A stretch of DNA of 64,000 nucleotides from Octopus sinensis. Its lineage: Eukaryota. A program made the position numbers and the translations under genes. This document shows, in pieces, positions 50,570-64,000 of the stretch. Below the pieces are notes generated by a model. The model made no database searches, was not told where the DNA came from, and was given only the letters and a program-made list of their open reading frames with translations. The stretch spans positions 15,562,001 to 15,626,000 of the forward strand of contig NC_043000.1 in the NCBI RefSeq assembly GCF_006345805.1. Direction: 5' to 3'. Each line of letters opens with the position of its first letter. The stretch's first letter is position 1.

Positions 50570-51678
50570 AAACTTATTTTCTCACAGACCTCTGAAGCGT
50601 CTACTTTCCTGTTGCGGGGCACATCTCGATTTATAGTTAAGTTTTGGTGGGAAAGATATGGAAGTTTATACTCGAAATCGTACAAACGAATCATTGCAAC
50701 TGAAATACCATTGCTTGACAATTGCGCCAACATTGCCTGATATGCTGTGGCCTATTTCTCGTTACTGAGCTAATGTGGTTTCAATTCTAAACACCGCTAC
50801 ATACTCATGTGCATTGAAAATAACAGCCTAAAGACTAGAGAAAACTCATAAAGCAAATCTCCGTAAAAAATTTTTCTCAAACGTTTGTGTTGAACACACG
50901 AGTAATCTATATTTAATCTGACTTAACATTTACATTTTTAATTTTGGGATGAGCCGTTAATCTCGATGTGATTTGTGGTCCTGCCTCTGCGTAGTAGCGA
51001 TCCTAACTGAGGAAATTTACTGAAAATGGCACTAGGTGAATATAGAACTCTACCTTAGGTAAACAATACTTAAACATGTTTAGGCGCAGGAGTGGCTGTG
51101 TGGTAAGTAGCTTGCTAACCAACCACATGGTTCCGGGTTCAGTCCCACTGCGTGGCATCTTGGGCAAGTGTCTTCTGCTATAGCCCCGGGCCGACCAATG
51201 CCTTGTGAGTGGATTTGGTAGACGGAAACTGAAAGAAGCCTGTCGTGTATATGTATGTATATATATATAAGTGTGCGTGTATATGTCTGTGTTTATCCCC
51301 CTAGCATTGCTTGACAACCGATGCTGGTGTGTTAATGTCCCCGTCACTTAGCGGTTCGGCAAAAGAGACCGATAAAATAAGTACTGGGCTTACAAAGAAT
51401 AAGTCCCGGGGTCAATTTGCTCGACCAAAGGCGGTGCTCCAGCATGGCCGCAGTCAAATGACTGAAACAAGTAAAAGAGTATGTTTACCATCGATAAAAC
51501 AGTCCTAATAATCCAAATGGCCGGCACATGATGAAGTTGAATAAGAGAAGTTTATTTATTCAGTGATTTTGTTCTTTTCAAAATTTCAGTTTCTTTTTAC
51601 ATAATTATGTTTTGATAAATCAACTTTTGTGTGTGTTTGTGTGATTGCCTATGTAGGGCCCCTAGTGCATTCCTTTAC

Positions 51679-51761
51679 CTGAAGGTCTATAATACTTTCA
51701 AGACAGCCACGTATGAACACTGAGCACCCTAACGTTCGGTTCAACACTCTTTGTTCGGTAC
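51679..51761 (-). other. Candidate spliced exon (open frame GTEQRVLNRTLGCSVFIRGCLESIIDLQ)
   Basis: Acceptor tacatttag|G and donor CAG|gtaaag; one of three frames is open. Confidence 0.35.
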
Positions 51762-52353
51762 CTAAATGTATACATACTATTACTTCTAATTACACTCTTA
51801 AAACGATACACCTTCTTCATACTTCGTCTTAATCCACCATTCACCGTGTCATTGCAAATAAGTCATCTCACAGTGGAGTTGCTCTGCTTCAATGAACAGA
51901 GGTTTGAAAACCATTTTTCACGACAACCTTTCAACAGCAAGAAGATATAAAGTAAAGTCATGCACTACATTCTTGCCACGCATGAATAACATATAACTAA
52001 AGTTTTCAATAGTTGCTGTCAAGATCGTGCAAAATGTGAATTGTTACAAGAGTCAGTATCTCCTTCAAAAATAAAAGGAAAATAACTTAAATAGGTTAAT
52101 GGTTTGAATAAGAATAAAAGTATGGGTTGATATTATTGAATGTCTCAATCAAAAAGAAAAAAAAATAGTCATAATTGAAATTTCCCGCTTAGTTGAGAAG
52201 AGAAAGACCTAGCAACAATTGTTAGCGAATGTCAAAGGAAGGGGGAGATAATTTCAAAAAATTAAGAATTACTCTCTCAAAGTTAGTTTAAATGTTTAGG
52301 AAAAAAGAGTTAGATCTTTGCTTGCTAGCAAGAGATAATGGTGGATGTATATC

Positions 52354-52586
52354 TATTTCTTTACTACCCACAAGGGGCTAAACACAGAGGGGACAAACAA
52401 GGACAGACAAACGGATTTAGTCGATTACATCGACCCCAGTGCATAACTGGTACTTAATTTATCGACCCCGAAAGGATGAAAGGCAAAGTCGACCTCGGCG
52501 GAATTTGAACTCGGAATGTAACGGCAGACGAAATACGGCTACGCATTTCGCCCGGCGTGCTAACGTTTCTGCCAGCTCGCCGCCTT
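52354..52586 (-). mobile_element. Young Meta-like SINE with a 16-bp TSD
   Basis: atggtggatgtatatc at 52338-52353 and 52587-52602; CpGs intact. Confidence 0.9.
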
Positions 52587-53884
52587 ATGGTGGATGTATA
52601 TCAGTCTACTAGATCTCATCAGCTTACCATCCCGATGCACCCATATCTTCCCCCATTTGTCTTCACTATTGTCTCTCAATCCCAGATCCTGTTCAACCCT
52701 CTTACCCAAATATTCCCCTCTAGAACTGCTGACCTCTACATTTCCCCTACCTACAGCTTTCCTACAGGAGCGAACCTATAAAAGTTCAAATAAAACTTCA
52801 ACCACATCGGTTTCACCACTTTCAGACGAAAAACCGTTACTGTTTCCGAGGGGCAACATTCACCATGGTCACCAATGCTGCCTCTTGAGAACAATCAATC
52901 CATCAATGTCTGTCTAACCATGTATCTCTGGTTCTTTCTCTTATATATATATATATGCATTTTTTTTCCTTTCCATTACCTCCTCCCTCCGTTTCCACAT
53001 CATTTTCCATCGTATTTCATTCCATTTATTAAATTCAAGAAGCTTTCCTTGATTTCGTTTTGTTTCTCCGAGCATCTCTGCTTCTTTTTGCTTTCGAACC
53101 CATTTTTTCCACTCATCTCCTCAGCAAGTTCTTTCCTCCTCCTTGCTTTCTTTCAATAATTTTCACCCTCATTTTCTTTCTCGTCTATCATATCTCATCT
53201 TTCTTCTTTTGGTTCATTTTTTTTTCTTCTTCACTTTGTCTCATATTGCTTTTTAGCCATAATCTCTGCTTCCTTCTATTCTGTTTTCCTTCCACTCACA
53301 CCTCACTTTCCCCGTTACCCAGTACGTCTTTCTTCTCCCCACTCTAACTCTCTTTCTCTCACACACTCACACCACTTGATGCAGTCGAACTGCTTTTGTT
53401 ATAACAACGATATCAATAACATCATCATCATGGGATTGAGAGACAATAGTGAAGACAAATGGGGGAAGATATGGGTGCATCATCATCATCATCAATATCG
53501 CCAACGATTTTTGCTGTTGCTGCTGCTGTTGTTGTTGCTGTAATAGTTGCGATGCAAATTACAGTTATTGCTCAATCCTTTCTGTCCCTGGCGTCTTTAG
53601 TCAATTGGAAAATTGACATCGACAGCTTTTTAACTGTTAGTATGGCGTTGTATATTTATTTGCACCGAATATATATGTGTTGCGACTGGCTTTCAATTAA
53701 AAAAAAATATATTTAACCAAATAAAAATAAAAACTTCAGCTACAGCTACAACTAAACGGAGAAGAGAATGGCTATAGAAGTGAAGAGAAAATATTAGGTC
53801 TTATCTCACATAGCTATATTACAGTAGAGGATTGACAGACAAATAAATCAATAGACTCAGAAAAATACATGGATGTTTGTAAAT

Positions 53885-54500
53885 ATATTATGTGTGTATG
53901 TACGTACGTACGTATGTATGTATGTATATGTATGTATGTATGTATGTGTTATGTATTATGTATGTATGGGTGTACGTATGTATGTATGTATGTATGCATG
54001 TATGTATGTACGTATGTATGTATGTATGTATTATGTATGTATGTATGTATATGTTATGTATTATGTATGTATGTATGTATGCATGTATGTATTATGTATG
54101 TATGTATGTATGTATATGTTATGTATTATGTATGTATGTATGTATGCATGTATGTATTATGTATGTATGTATGTTATGTATTATGTATGTATGTATGTAT
54201 GTATGCATGTATGTACGTACGTCTGTATGTATGTATATGTTATGTATTATGTATGTATGGGTGTATGTATGCATGTATGTATGTATGTATGTATGTATGT
54301 ATGTATGTATGTATGTATGTATGTATGTATGTATGTATGTATGTATGTACGTCTGTATGTATGTATGTATGTATGTATGTATGTACGTACGTCTGTATGT
54401 ATGTATGTATGTATGTGTTATGTATTATGTATGTATGGGTGTATGCATGTATGTATGTATATATGTATGTATGTATATTTGCATGTATGTATGTATGCAT
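53885..54500. repeat. (TATG)n compound microsatellite
   Basis: Visible directly in the sequence. Confidence 0.95.
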
Positions 54501-54612
54501 ACTCACACACACACACAACGAGAGAGAGAGAAGCGCGATTTGGTTTCGGTGTGAAAATACTTGAATGAAAGAACGAAAAAAAGGTATTATGGATAGAAAC
54601 GGTAGCGTGTGC

Positions 54613-54663
<51 letters not shown>

Positions 54664-54899
54664 TGTGTATGCGTTCGTGCGTGTGTGTGTGTGCGGGCGT
54701 GTGTCTGCGTTTGTGCGTGCGTACGTGTGTTAAATTGAACGTCACAGCATAAATAAATACAAGAAAATAAAAAAAAAATTTACAAAACCGCGATAAAGAG
54801 AGAAAGAAAGAAAGAAATGAAGAAATGATTGACGGAGGGGGAAAGAAAGCAGCGAAGAGAAAAGAGGAAGAGAGAAGTAGGGGAAGAAGAGTGAGAGTA

Positions 54900-55322
54900 A
54901 AAGACTAAGAAAAGAACGGTAGTAGGAGTGAATGCCTATGTTACTCTACTCAGATCACTTTCTCTAGTTACCGGTGTCATTTTGCTGCTGTTCTGGCGCT
55001 TCGTCTTACTTTTGGGGATTTTAGTTTCATCGATGGTGGTGCCTAGACGAATTCTGCCAGTTCCTTCCCTATTATTTAGTGCCAGTTTCGTACATGACAA
55101 CTGCTATCAGCCTTTCTCTTAACACATACTGAGATTTGATTTCCTCATTTAATCACATAGAGACGAAAAGTACTCGCAGAAACCTCTCCATTATATAAAA
55201 CTACCACCACCTTAAACATAGATCTGCATACATTCATATTTCTCTCTCTCTCTCTCTACACACACACATATATATTTATATACGTATATATCGGATTTTC
55301 AAATACCCTTGCCCCACGTAAG
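54900..55322 (+). promoter_or_regulatory. Candidate non-coding first exon of a plus-strand gene
   Basis: Strong donor AAG|gtgagt at 55322; candidate downstream acceptor ttattttgcag|G at 61171. Confidence 0.3.
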
Positions 55323-56374
55323 GTGAGTACATGCATAGATTTTTTTTTCAATGTAAAACAAGGAATCACGACTGTATTTATTTATTTCCCTTATATGTAT
55401 GTTGCTGAAAGGTATTGAGGGAGCCAAGGGATCTTTTTGACTTTGTTTACATTTTAATCCTGGTGTAAAGTATATGTTATTGTTATTATTTTATACCAAA
55501 GTTGGAAATCATTGCTATGTAAGTAATCATTATTACTATATTGTAAACTACAGAATATCTCTGCGAACGTCTTCAATTCCTCGTCATGTCAACCTGAAGA
55601 ATGTACTCCATGTGTGTTTGATATAGGTAGATGGACAGGCTGTAAGAAACGATAAAAAGATTTAATGAAGTATCAAGACTGCTAAATGAAGTGTTTATAG
55701 AGACAGAGGGATCAAATTATAGGGGTAAGATCGAATACGAGTATCGTTTATGTGCGTATGTGGAAAATAGAGACATCCATTCCACAGGGTACGTCAATAT
55801 TTATCAAAATGAATTTTATATTTCACTGAGAGTGCTCTGTAAACTAATTAAGAATTAGAGCTATGAGGAAAGTCTTTGAGCGAATTTCTGAAAGCCGAAT
55901 CCTGAATATACCAGTACAAAGAAGGGTAGAAAAGGACGGTGTCTCTTAAGAAGTTCTAGGTGGACATTTACCTACCTTTTGTCACCCTGACGAGTTTTCA
56001 GTGTGTTTTGTTATCGAAGTGGTTGACAACAGCCATTGATTGCATAAATCGATTTACTTAACAGTTTGAGCGAGTTATAGCGATAGACAGTTACATTTAG
56101 TCATATAAAGATGCACCTCGTACACCGACAACTTTTATTTATTAATGGTTGCTTTAATGTGGAAGAAGGGCTCGTGCCCGTGACTTTCACAGGTTCCCTC
56201 TCTCCGTGGCAAGTAAATACAAGAGACCGAAGCGATAAGATGTGAAAACTGAAGGAGAGAAAGCATCTGACATCAACAAATGACATTGGCCATCAGGTGT
56301 CTTAAAACAGACTAAATCGATCGAACTAGGGTTTTCCTCTGAGATTTCGTATGTTTTGTGTTTGTGCGTGTGCG

Positions 56375-56396
56375 CCTATATATATATATAATATAG

Positions 56397-56438
<42 letters not shown>

Positions 56439-57320
56439 TATATATATATAGGTATATATATTTATATATATATATATATAATATATAGTAGGTATATATA
56501 TTTTATATACTATAATATAGGTATATATATTTATATATAATATATATTAGGTAGATATATTATATATATATATTATATATATATATATAATATATAGGTA
56601 TAATTAATAATTTATAGTATATATATATATTATTCTATAATTTATATATTAGATATATAGGTATATAATTTATATATATAGGTATATATATATATATATA
56701 ATATATATATAATGTATATAGGTATATATATATATATTATATATATAGGTATATATATTTATATATAGATATATAATATATATATATATATAGGTATATA
56801 TATTAATTTATATATAATATATATATAGAGGTATATATAGTTATATATATATATAATATATAGGTATATATATTTATATATATATATAGGTATATATCTA
56901 TTATATTATATCTAGTAATATATATTTATATTATAGTTAGTATATAGGTAGGTATATATATATAGGTATATATGTATATATATATAGGTATATATATATT
57001 ATATATATAGGTATTATATATATATATAGGTATATATATATATATTATATATATAGGTAATATATAGTAGGTATTATAATATATATAGGTCTATATGTAT
57101 ATAGAGGTATATATATATATATTAGTATATATATATATAGGTATATTATATATATATATATAGTGTAATATTTATATAAGTATATATATATATAGGATAT
57201 TATATAAGGTATATATATATAATAGGTATAATATATATATTATATGGTATATATATATATTATAGGTATATATATATATATAGGTATATATATATATAGG
57301 TATATATTTATATATATAGG

Positions 57321-57353
<33 letters not shown>

Positions 57354-57396
57354 GGTATATATTATATATATATATATATAGGTATAGGTATATATA

Positions 57397-57435
<39 letters not shown>

Positions 57436-57676
57436 TATATATAATTAATTTATATATATATATATATAGGTATATAATTTATATATATATATATATATAG
57501 GTATATATATTTATATATATATATAGGTATATATATATTTATATATATATATAGGTATATATATTTATATATATATATAGGGATATATAGGTAGGTATAT
57601 ATATATAGGTATATATGTATATATATATAGGTATATATATATATATATAATAGGTATATATATATATATATATAGG

Positions 57677-57713
<37 letters not shown>

Positions 57714-58218
57714 GGTATATATAATATATATATATATAGGTATATATGTATATATTATGTATATATATATATATAGGTATATATATAATAGGTATATATA
57801 TATATATATATATAGGTTTATATTATATATAGGTATATATATATATATAGGTATATTATATATATAGGTATAATATATATATAGGTATATATATATATAT
57901 ATATAGGTATAATATATATAAGATAGGTATATATATATATAGGTATATTATTATAGGTATATATTTTATATATATAGGTATATATAATATATATATAGGT
58001 TATTTATATATATAATATATATAGGTATATATATATATATATATAATATATATAGGTATATATATATATATATAGGTATATATATATATAGAATTATAGG
58101 TATATATATATAATATAGGTAATTATATATATATATTTATATATATATATATATATAATATAGGTATATTATATATTATAGTATATATATATATATATTT
58201 ATATATATAAATATATTT

Positions 58219-58250
<32 letters not shown>

Positions 58251-58290
58251 ATTTATATATATATATTTATATATATATATATATATATTT

Positions 58291-58322
<32 letters not shown>

Positions 58323-58388
58323 ATATATTATATAATATATATATAATATATATTTATAATATAATAATATATTTTATATATATATATT

Positions 58389-58444
<56 letters not shown>

Positions 58445-58465
58445 TATATATATATATATATATAA
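56375..58465. repeat. ~2.1-kb (TA)n tract with interspersed GGTA variants
   Basis: Visible directly in the sequence. Confidence 0.95.
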
Positions 58466-58963
58466 TGGTTTGGTGATACAGCTAAAAAGCTTGTATGTGT
58501 AGATGTTTCTACACATACAAGCTTATATATTATATAATATATATATATATATATATACCCTCAAATTTTATTTTCAGTCCTATGCTTTACCAATGCATTC
58601 TGCACGAATTTGACAATTACATGTAAACACACACACATATACATATATTGACACACACACACATACACATGTAATAACTGACGTTGCTTCCACTTACAAT
58701 CCACGTTTGTAGTGTCTTCTTCTTTAGATTTCAGACTCTAGGTACGCGAGAATATCTCGACACATATCCATCCACCTGGGCTTAGCAATTGCAGCCGTCT
58801 CTAGTTGTGTGTTTCCATTGCATTAAACGATTTGTGATACGTAAAACACAAAATTCATACCCAACTAAACCAATGTATAGGGTATAGATATGTATATTGT
58901 GTACCCATGTATCTGTTTGTGTACTACATTTATTATTATGTATAGTGATAATGATGATGATGA

Positions 58964-59018
<55 letters not shown>

Positions 59019-59132
59019 CGTGATCACCGTGACCGACCAGGCTATCAGATGTTGCTACACATCGCTGGTCACAATGCGTTTCGCATTGTTTTAACCTTTA
59101 AATGACGCCACCCCGCTGGCTAAGCGAGCAGG

Positions 59133-59217
<85 letters not shown>

Positions 59218-59220
59218 TCT

Positions 59221-59317
59221 GCCTGCATAGTTCAGCCGTTAGAACATTAGACTTTTTTTATCTCTTAAACCTTAGAGGCGATCGGAGGTATCGAGGGATC
59301 GGATCCCTCTGCGAGTG
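59221..59317 (+). tRNA. Intron-containing tRNA-Lys(TTT)-like pseudogene
   Basis: D stem gttc/gaac, T stem gaggg/ccctc, ttagact-ttt anticodon arm followed by a ~24-nt insert, T7 run at 59326-59332. T-loop is degenerate and there is an internal T7. Confidence 0.55.
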
Positions 59318-60164
59318 CACTTTCCTTTTTTTATGGTAGTGTCTCAGTATAGCAATAGCCCTGGCTAAAACCATTTACACACACATACATAATATATATG
59401 TATATAGTCATCATCATCATCATCATTAAAAATTTAGTTCCGCTTTCCATTCTGTCATGGGTTGATTTGTTTGATGGGATCCGACGGTGTTCGGAGAATC
59501 ACTTTTTACTCCAATGTCTCCATTTCCGACCTGGTTTCTACGGCCTGATGCCCTTCCTAATATCAACCCTTTACAGTGTACTGGTTGCATCTTTTGGTGG
59601 TACCCAATACAGTGTGTCAAGTGGTTGATATTGCCAAGTTCCTCCAGCCATAGAATCTATGCCAAATGTATGAGTGTATGTATGTATGTGTATGTGTGTC
59701 TATATACGTATGCGTGTATATGTAGTATATATGACTATGTGCATGTGTGTATCAGTGTGTCATTATCATTTAATATGCTTGTTCCATACAGGCACGAGTT
59801 ATAAAAAGTCGAAGGCTGGTCGTGATGATGATATATTTACATGTTTGCGTGTATGTACATATACATATATGTATGTGTATATGCATTTGTGTGCATAAAA
59901 GAAGTTCCTGTCGAGAATGGGTTATGCCAAAGCTATCTTATTTTATCATACCTAGCCAGTTGAGACGTTGCCAATTCAGATCAGTGTTGTTATTTTTGAG
60001 GGACAACCAAGTACAGGTGCTTCGTCCGGAATGTTTTGAAGAGAATCTATCAAGGTGAGGTTTGAATGTTGCGTGAGTTTCTGAAGCTGTTTTATGGCTC
60101 CATGAATAATGTATACAAAACTTCTTTGATTGAGACAGAACTGCAGCGACTCTGTGTGTGTGTG

Positions 60165-60830
60165 TGTACATATATACATACGCTTGTGTGTGTGTGTACA
60201 TATATACATACGCTTATGTGTATGTGTACTTGTATATGTATGTATATACATATATGTGTGTGTGTGTATATATATATGCATATATGTATATATATATATA
60301 TGCATATATGTATATATATATGCATATATGTATGTATATTATATATATGCATATATATATATATATATGCATATATATAATATATGCATATATATGCATA
60401 TATGTGTATATATATATGTATATATATATATGCATATATGTGTATATATATATGCATATATATATATGCATATATATATATGCATATATATATATGTGTA
60501 TATATATATGCATATATGTATATATATATATGCATATATATATATGCATAAATATATATATGCATATATATATATGCATATGTGTATATATATATGCATA
60601 TATGTGTATATATATATGCATATATGTATATATATATGTATATGCATATATGTGTATATATATATGCATATATGTATATATATATGTATATGCATATATG
60701 TATATATATATGTATATGCATATATGTATATGCATATATATATGCATATATATATGCGTATATGTATATACGTATATGCACATATATGATTCTGTTTTGG
60801 AATATACATATATGCACATATACGACTCTG
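60165..60830. repeat. (TA/TG/CA) compound microsatellite
   Basis: Visible directly in the sequence. Confidence 0.95.
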
Positions 60831-60840
60831 TTTAGGAATA

Positions 60841-61018
60841 GTGGGTCTCGAAGCGCATAAAGCTATAAATAATAGCATGTAAACATAGGATTGAAAAACC
60901 TCTTTTGGGTGGAAAAGTCGAGGGGCTGCCCGTGGTACTCGAATGCATATCTCTTATGGACAACCCCAATATTAAATGCTATTATTTATAGCTTACGCAA
61001 TGTGCTTGGGGATCCACT
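60841..61018. mobile_element. Short MITE-like inverted repeat
   Basis: 19-bp exact arms at 60860-60878 and 60976-60994, plus imperfect outer arms. Confidence 0.55.
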
Positions 61019-61114
61019 GTTTCAATAAATAATTATTTCACATTATATCGAATGTTCATAACATTTTTACGACGTCACCAATATATATATATATATATAT
61101 ATATATACGCTGCA

Positions 61115-61161
<47 letters not shown>

Positions 61162-61539
61162 TTATTTTGCAGGTTTTAGATTTCTCCTCCCAGAAGTCGA
61201 TTGTTAAGGGACTTCATTCAATCCAAGTTTTGACTATTATTTTTTCGAGATATATTTTGTCTGTAATAATCGACGGTTGGTTGTGTTGAGGGTTTGAACC
61301 GTCTACTGTCCGTGTTTCGAAGATTATTAGACGTTCACGTACATCTTCGCCGCTGAATAGAGTGGCGGAGGTTGTGATCCCAGTAGTCGAAGCCACCAGT
61401 TACGCTGTTGATTGTTGCACTTATTGATTTTACAAGAACATCGGATTTCATTGTGTCTTTTTTGATCATATCTCAATCAGTCTATAATATATATATATAT
61501 ATATATATAATATATATATATATAATATATATATATATA

Positions 61540-61573
<34 letters not shown>

Positions 61574-62359
61574 GGCTGTGTGTGGAGGGAGAGACGGATA
61601 GAGACATTTATGCATATACATATTACACACATATACGTATTCCTGCAGTAGTAAATGTGTGTGTGTGTGTGTTTAATGTTTGAATATGGGTATTTTTTCT
61701 ATGTAGTGATTTATTGTATATGACTATGTTAACTGTAGAATTTGTTACAAATGGTAACTAGCGTACGTGTCTATGCAACACTACGTTTTCTCACCGTCTA
61801 ATAACAGTGTCGAGCCAACTAGCGAGATTTTATGGGGGGGTTGCTCGGCCTACAAGAAATAGCAGCCAAATTTCTTTCAACTCACACCCTCTTAAGATTC
61901 AGTCTCTTAAATAACGAGACTAAATTTTAGAGGCTGCAGTCCTTTCACACCCATAATATAGACGGGTTGGTCATGGCTGGAAAGCCTTTGATCATGTGCC
62001 TGTTCGATCAGGGTTGACTTGCATTTCTAGTTTATAGGAAGTATTTCCAAGCGTTGGGGTTAAATAATCCGTGGAAGCTATTTCATTTGAGTTCTTGATT
62101 TCGTTTTCGTTCTTCATGTGAAATCGTGTGTTAAAATAGATTTGTTTTTTTATTTTGGTAGGGTCACTATGCCAACAAGAAACACACACTGGTTCTGTTT
62201 CACTTCTATTATTATTATTATTATGTGCCCTTCATCCTTTGCACTGGAGCCAATGTAATCGACTAATTTCAGGCCTTTGTACCAATAGTAAAAAGGATTA
62301 TTGTTGTTGTTTTTATTTAACCAATCGATTGTTTGATAATAAATAGTTTGGTGAATGTG

Positions 62360-62955
62360 GTTCGTCAGTCCTTATCGGTGGCATCCCCTCTTCACTTTAA
62401 GTCCGTCTCCTAGTTTCTTGTTTTCGTGAAAAGACCAGGCCGGACAAGTGAGTCCAGCCCACTTATGCATGCCTTTCCTCCCTTGGACACACAAAGACCT
62501 GTTGAGGCAAGCGAAGTCGATATCGAACCTCATCCGACGACAGGCACCTATGCCTGCGAAGACCTGTTGGGGCAAGTGAAATTGGAATCGAAATTGAACC
62601 AATCCTATGACTGGCAGATGCCAGGACCCCTGGACTGGAGATACGTAAAAAGCACCATCCGAATCGTAGCCGAAGCCAGTGCCGCCTCGACTGGCTTCCG
62701 TGTCGGTGGCACGTAAAATGCACCAATCCGACCGTGGCCGATGCCAGCCTCGCCTGGCACCAGTGCAGGTGGCACGTAAAAAGCACCCACTACACTCACG
62801 GAGTGGTTGGCGTTAGGAAGGGCATCCAGCTGTAGAAACATTGCCAGATAAGACCGGAGCCTGGTGCAGCCTTCTGGCTTCCCAGATCCCCGGTCGAACC
62901 GTCCAACCCATGCTAGCTTGGAGAACGGACGTTAAACGATGATGATGATGATGAT
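62360..62955 (+). mobile_element. RTE LINE 3' fragment
   Basis: Same 3'UTR, palindrome and (GAT)n tail as the other copies. Confidence 0.85.
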
Positions 62956-63469
62956 ATTGCTAAACAAAAGAAATTATGCTCTAGTCCAGGTTATGGTGTA
63001 CAGTTCAGATTTCACTGTAAATACAAGGATGTTTATTATGAATCTACTGCACTCAGTATTTTTAAAATGCCTTGCATTCTACAGTTCAAATTTTCTGGTG
63101 GCTACAAGGATATATATTATATACATCCTCTGCACTGGGTATTAAAATACCTTGATTCAGATTTCATTTTGGCTGCAAGAATATTTATAATATATCAACC
63201 AACTAAGGGATATCTATCCAATATACTGCTGGTAGAATACCCAATTATTAATACACAAATGTTTTTTATTGCATTGCAGTTTTTTTATATGTAAAGCATA
63301 ATATGTTATACATGTATGTACATTCTTGTAATTGTCATTTTTATAAATATATAAATAAATTGATATAATATAATGTCTAAAAGTTGATGAACCACCTATT
63401 GATCCCCTCCATTTTCTTATTGCTCTCTCTCTCTCTCTCTCTCTCACTATATATATATATATATAAGAG

Positions 63470-63903
63470 AACCATACGTGTGAGATTGGGGCCAGAGCAA
63501 CAAGCTGGCCTCCATTCCGATGGTGTGTAAAAAAAGTACCATTTGAGCATAATCGTTACCTGTGTCACCTTACTAGCATTTGTGCAGTGACACATGAAAA
63601 AACATTTGAGCGAGGTCATTGCCAGTGTGCTGGACTGGCTACTGTGCAGGTGGCACATAAAAAGCACCATTTGAGCGTGGCCGTTGCCAGTACTGCCTGA
63701 CTGGCCCTCATGCTGGTGGCATGTAAAAGCACCCACTACACTCTCGGAGTGGTTGGCGTTAGGAAGGGCATCCAGCTGTAGAAACTCTGCCGGATCAGAT
63801 TGGAGTCTGGTGCAGCCATCTGGTTCGCCAGTCTTCAGTTAAATCGTCCAACCCATGCTAGCATGGGAAGCGGACGTTAAACGACGACGATGATGATGAT
63901 GAT
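63470..63903 (+). mobile_element. RTE 3' end with a degenerate multi-unit array
   Basis: Same units and tail as the other copies. Confidence 0.85.
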
Positions 63904-64000
63904 ATATATATATAAATATATATATATATACTGCACTGGGTATTGAAATACCAGTTGTATGGTTCAGATTTCATTGTGGCTACAAGGATATTTATTATAT

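Noticed and set aside
53869-54614. Long ORFs of 200-240 aa (also 60092-60878 and 12881-13162)
   Set aside because: They are translations of microsatellites.
61214-61396. 60-aa minus-strand ORF in CpG-rich DNA
   Set aside because: No ATG start, no homology recognised, and it fits a plus-strand UTR exon equally well.

Overview
AT-rich, microsatellite-dense animal genomic DNA. It is almost certainly a coleoid cephalopod (Octopus-like); this rests on recognising the SINE/LINE families from memory, not on a search. Most of the window is intronic or intergenic and is filled with repeats. These include tRNA-headed SINEs, many 3' ends of one RTE LINE family (one 1.75-kb copy keeps its RT), CR1, CRE and Gypsy relics, two decayed hAT transposases, mariners, non-autonomous Helitrons and MITEs. 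Two in-phase minus-strand exons (13382-13540 and 2604-2787) define a host gene encoding a helical, ARM-like protein, tentatively MEI1-like. There are candidate 5' exons or promoters near 33.5 kb and 53-55 kb. The most interesting observations are: (1) a palindromic, tRNA-headed repeat with a minimal hammerhead ribozyme on each strand; (2) a PHD-type finger inside the RTE reverse transcriptase; (3) an ORF1-only retroelement bracketed by 29-bp direct repeats; (4) two exact local inverted duplications with similar ~750-bp spacers; (5) a four-element nested transposon stack; and (6) an intron-containing tRNA-Lys-like pseudogene. No prokaryotic systems and no CRISPR array are present.
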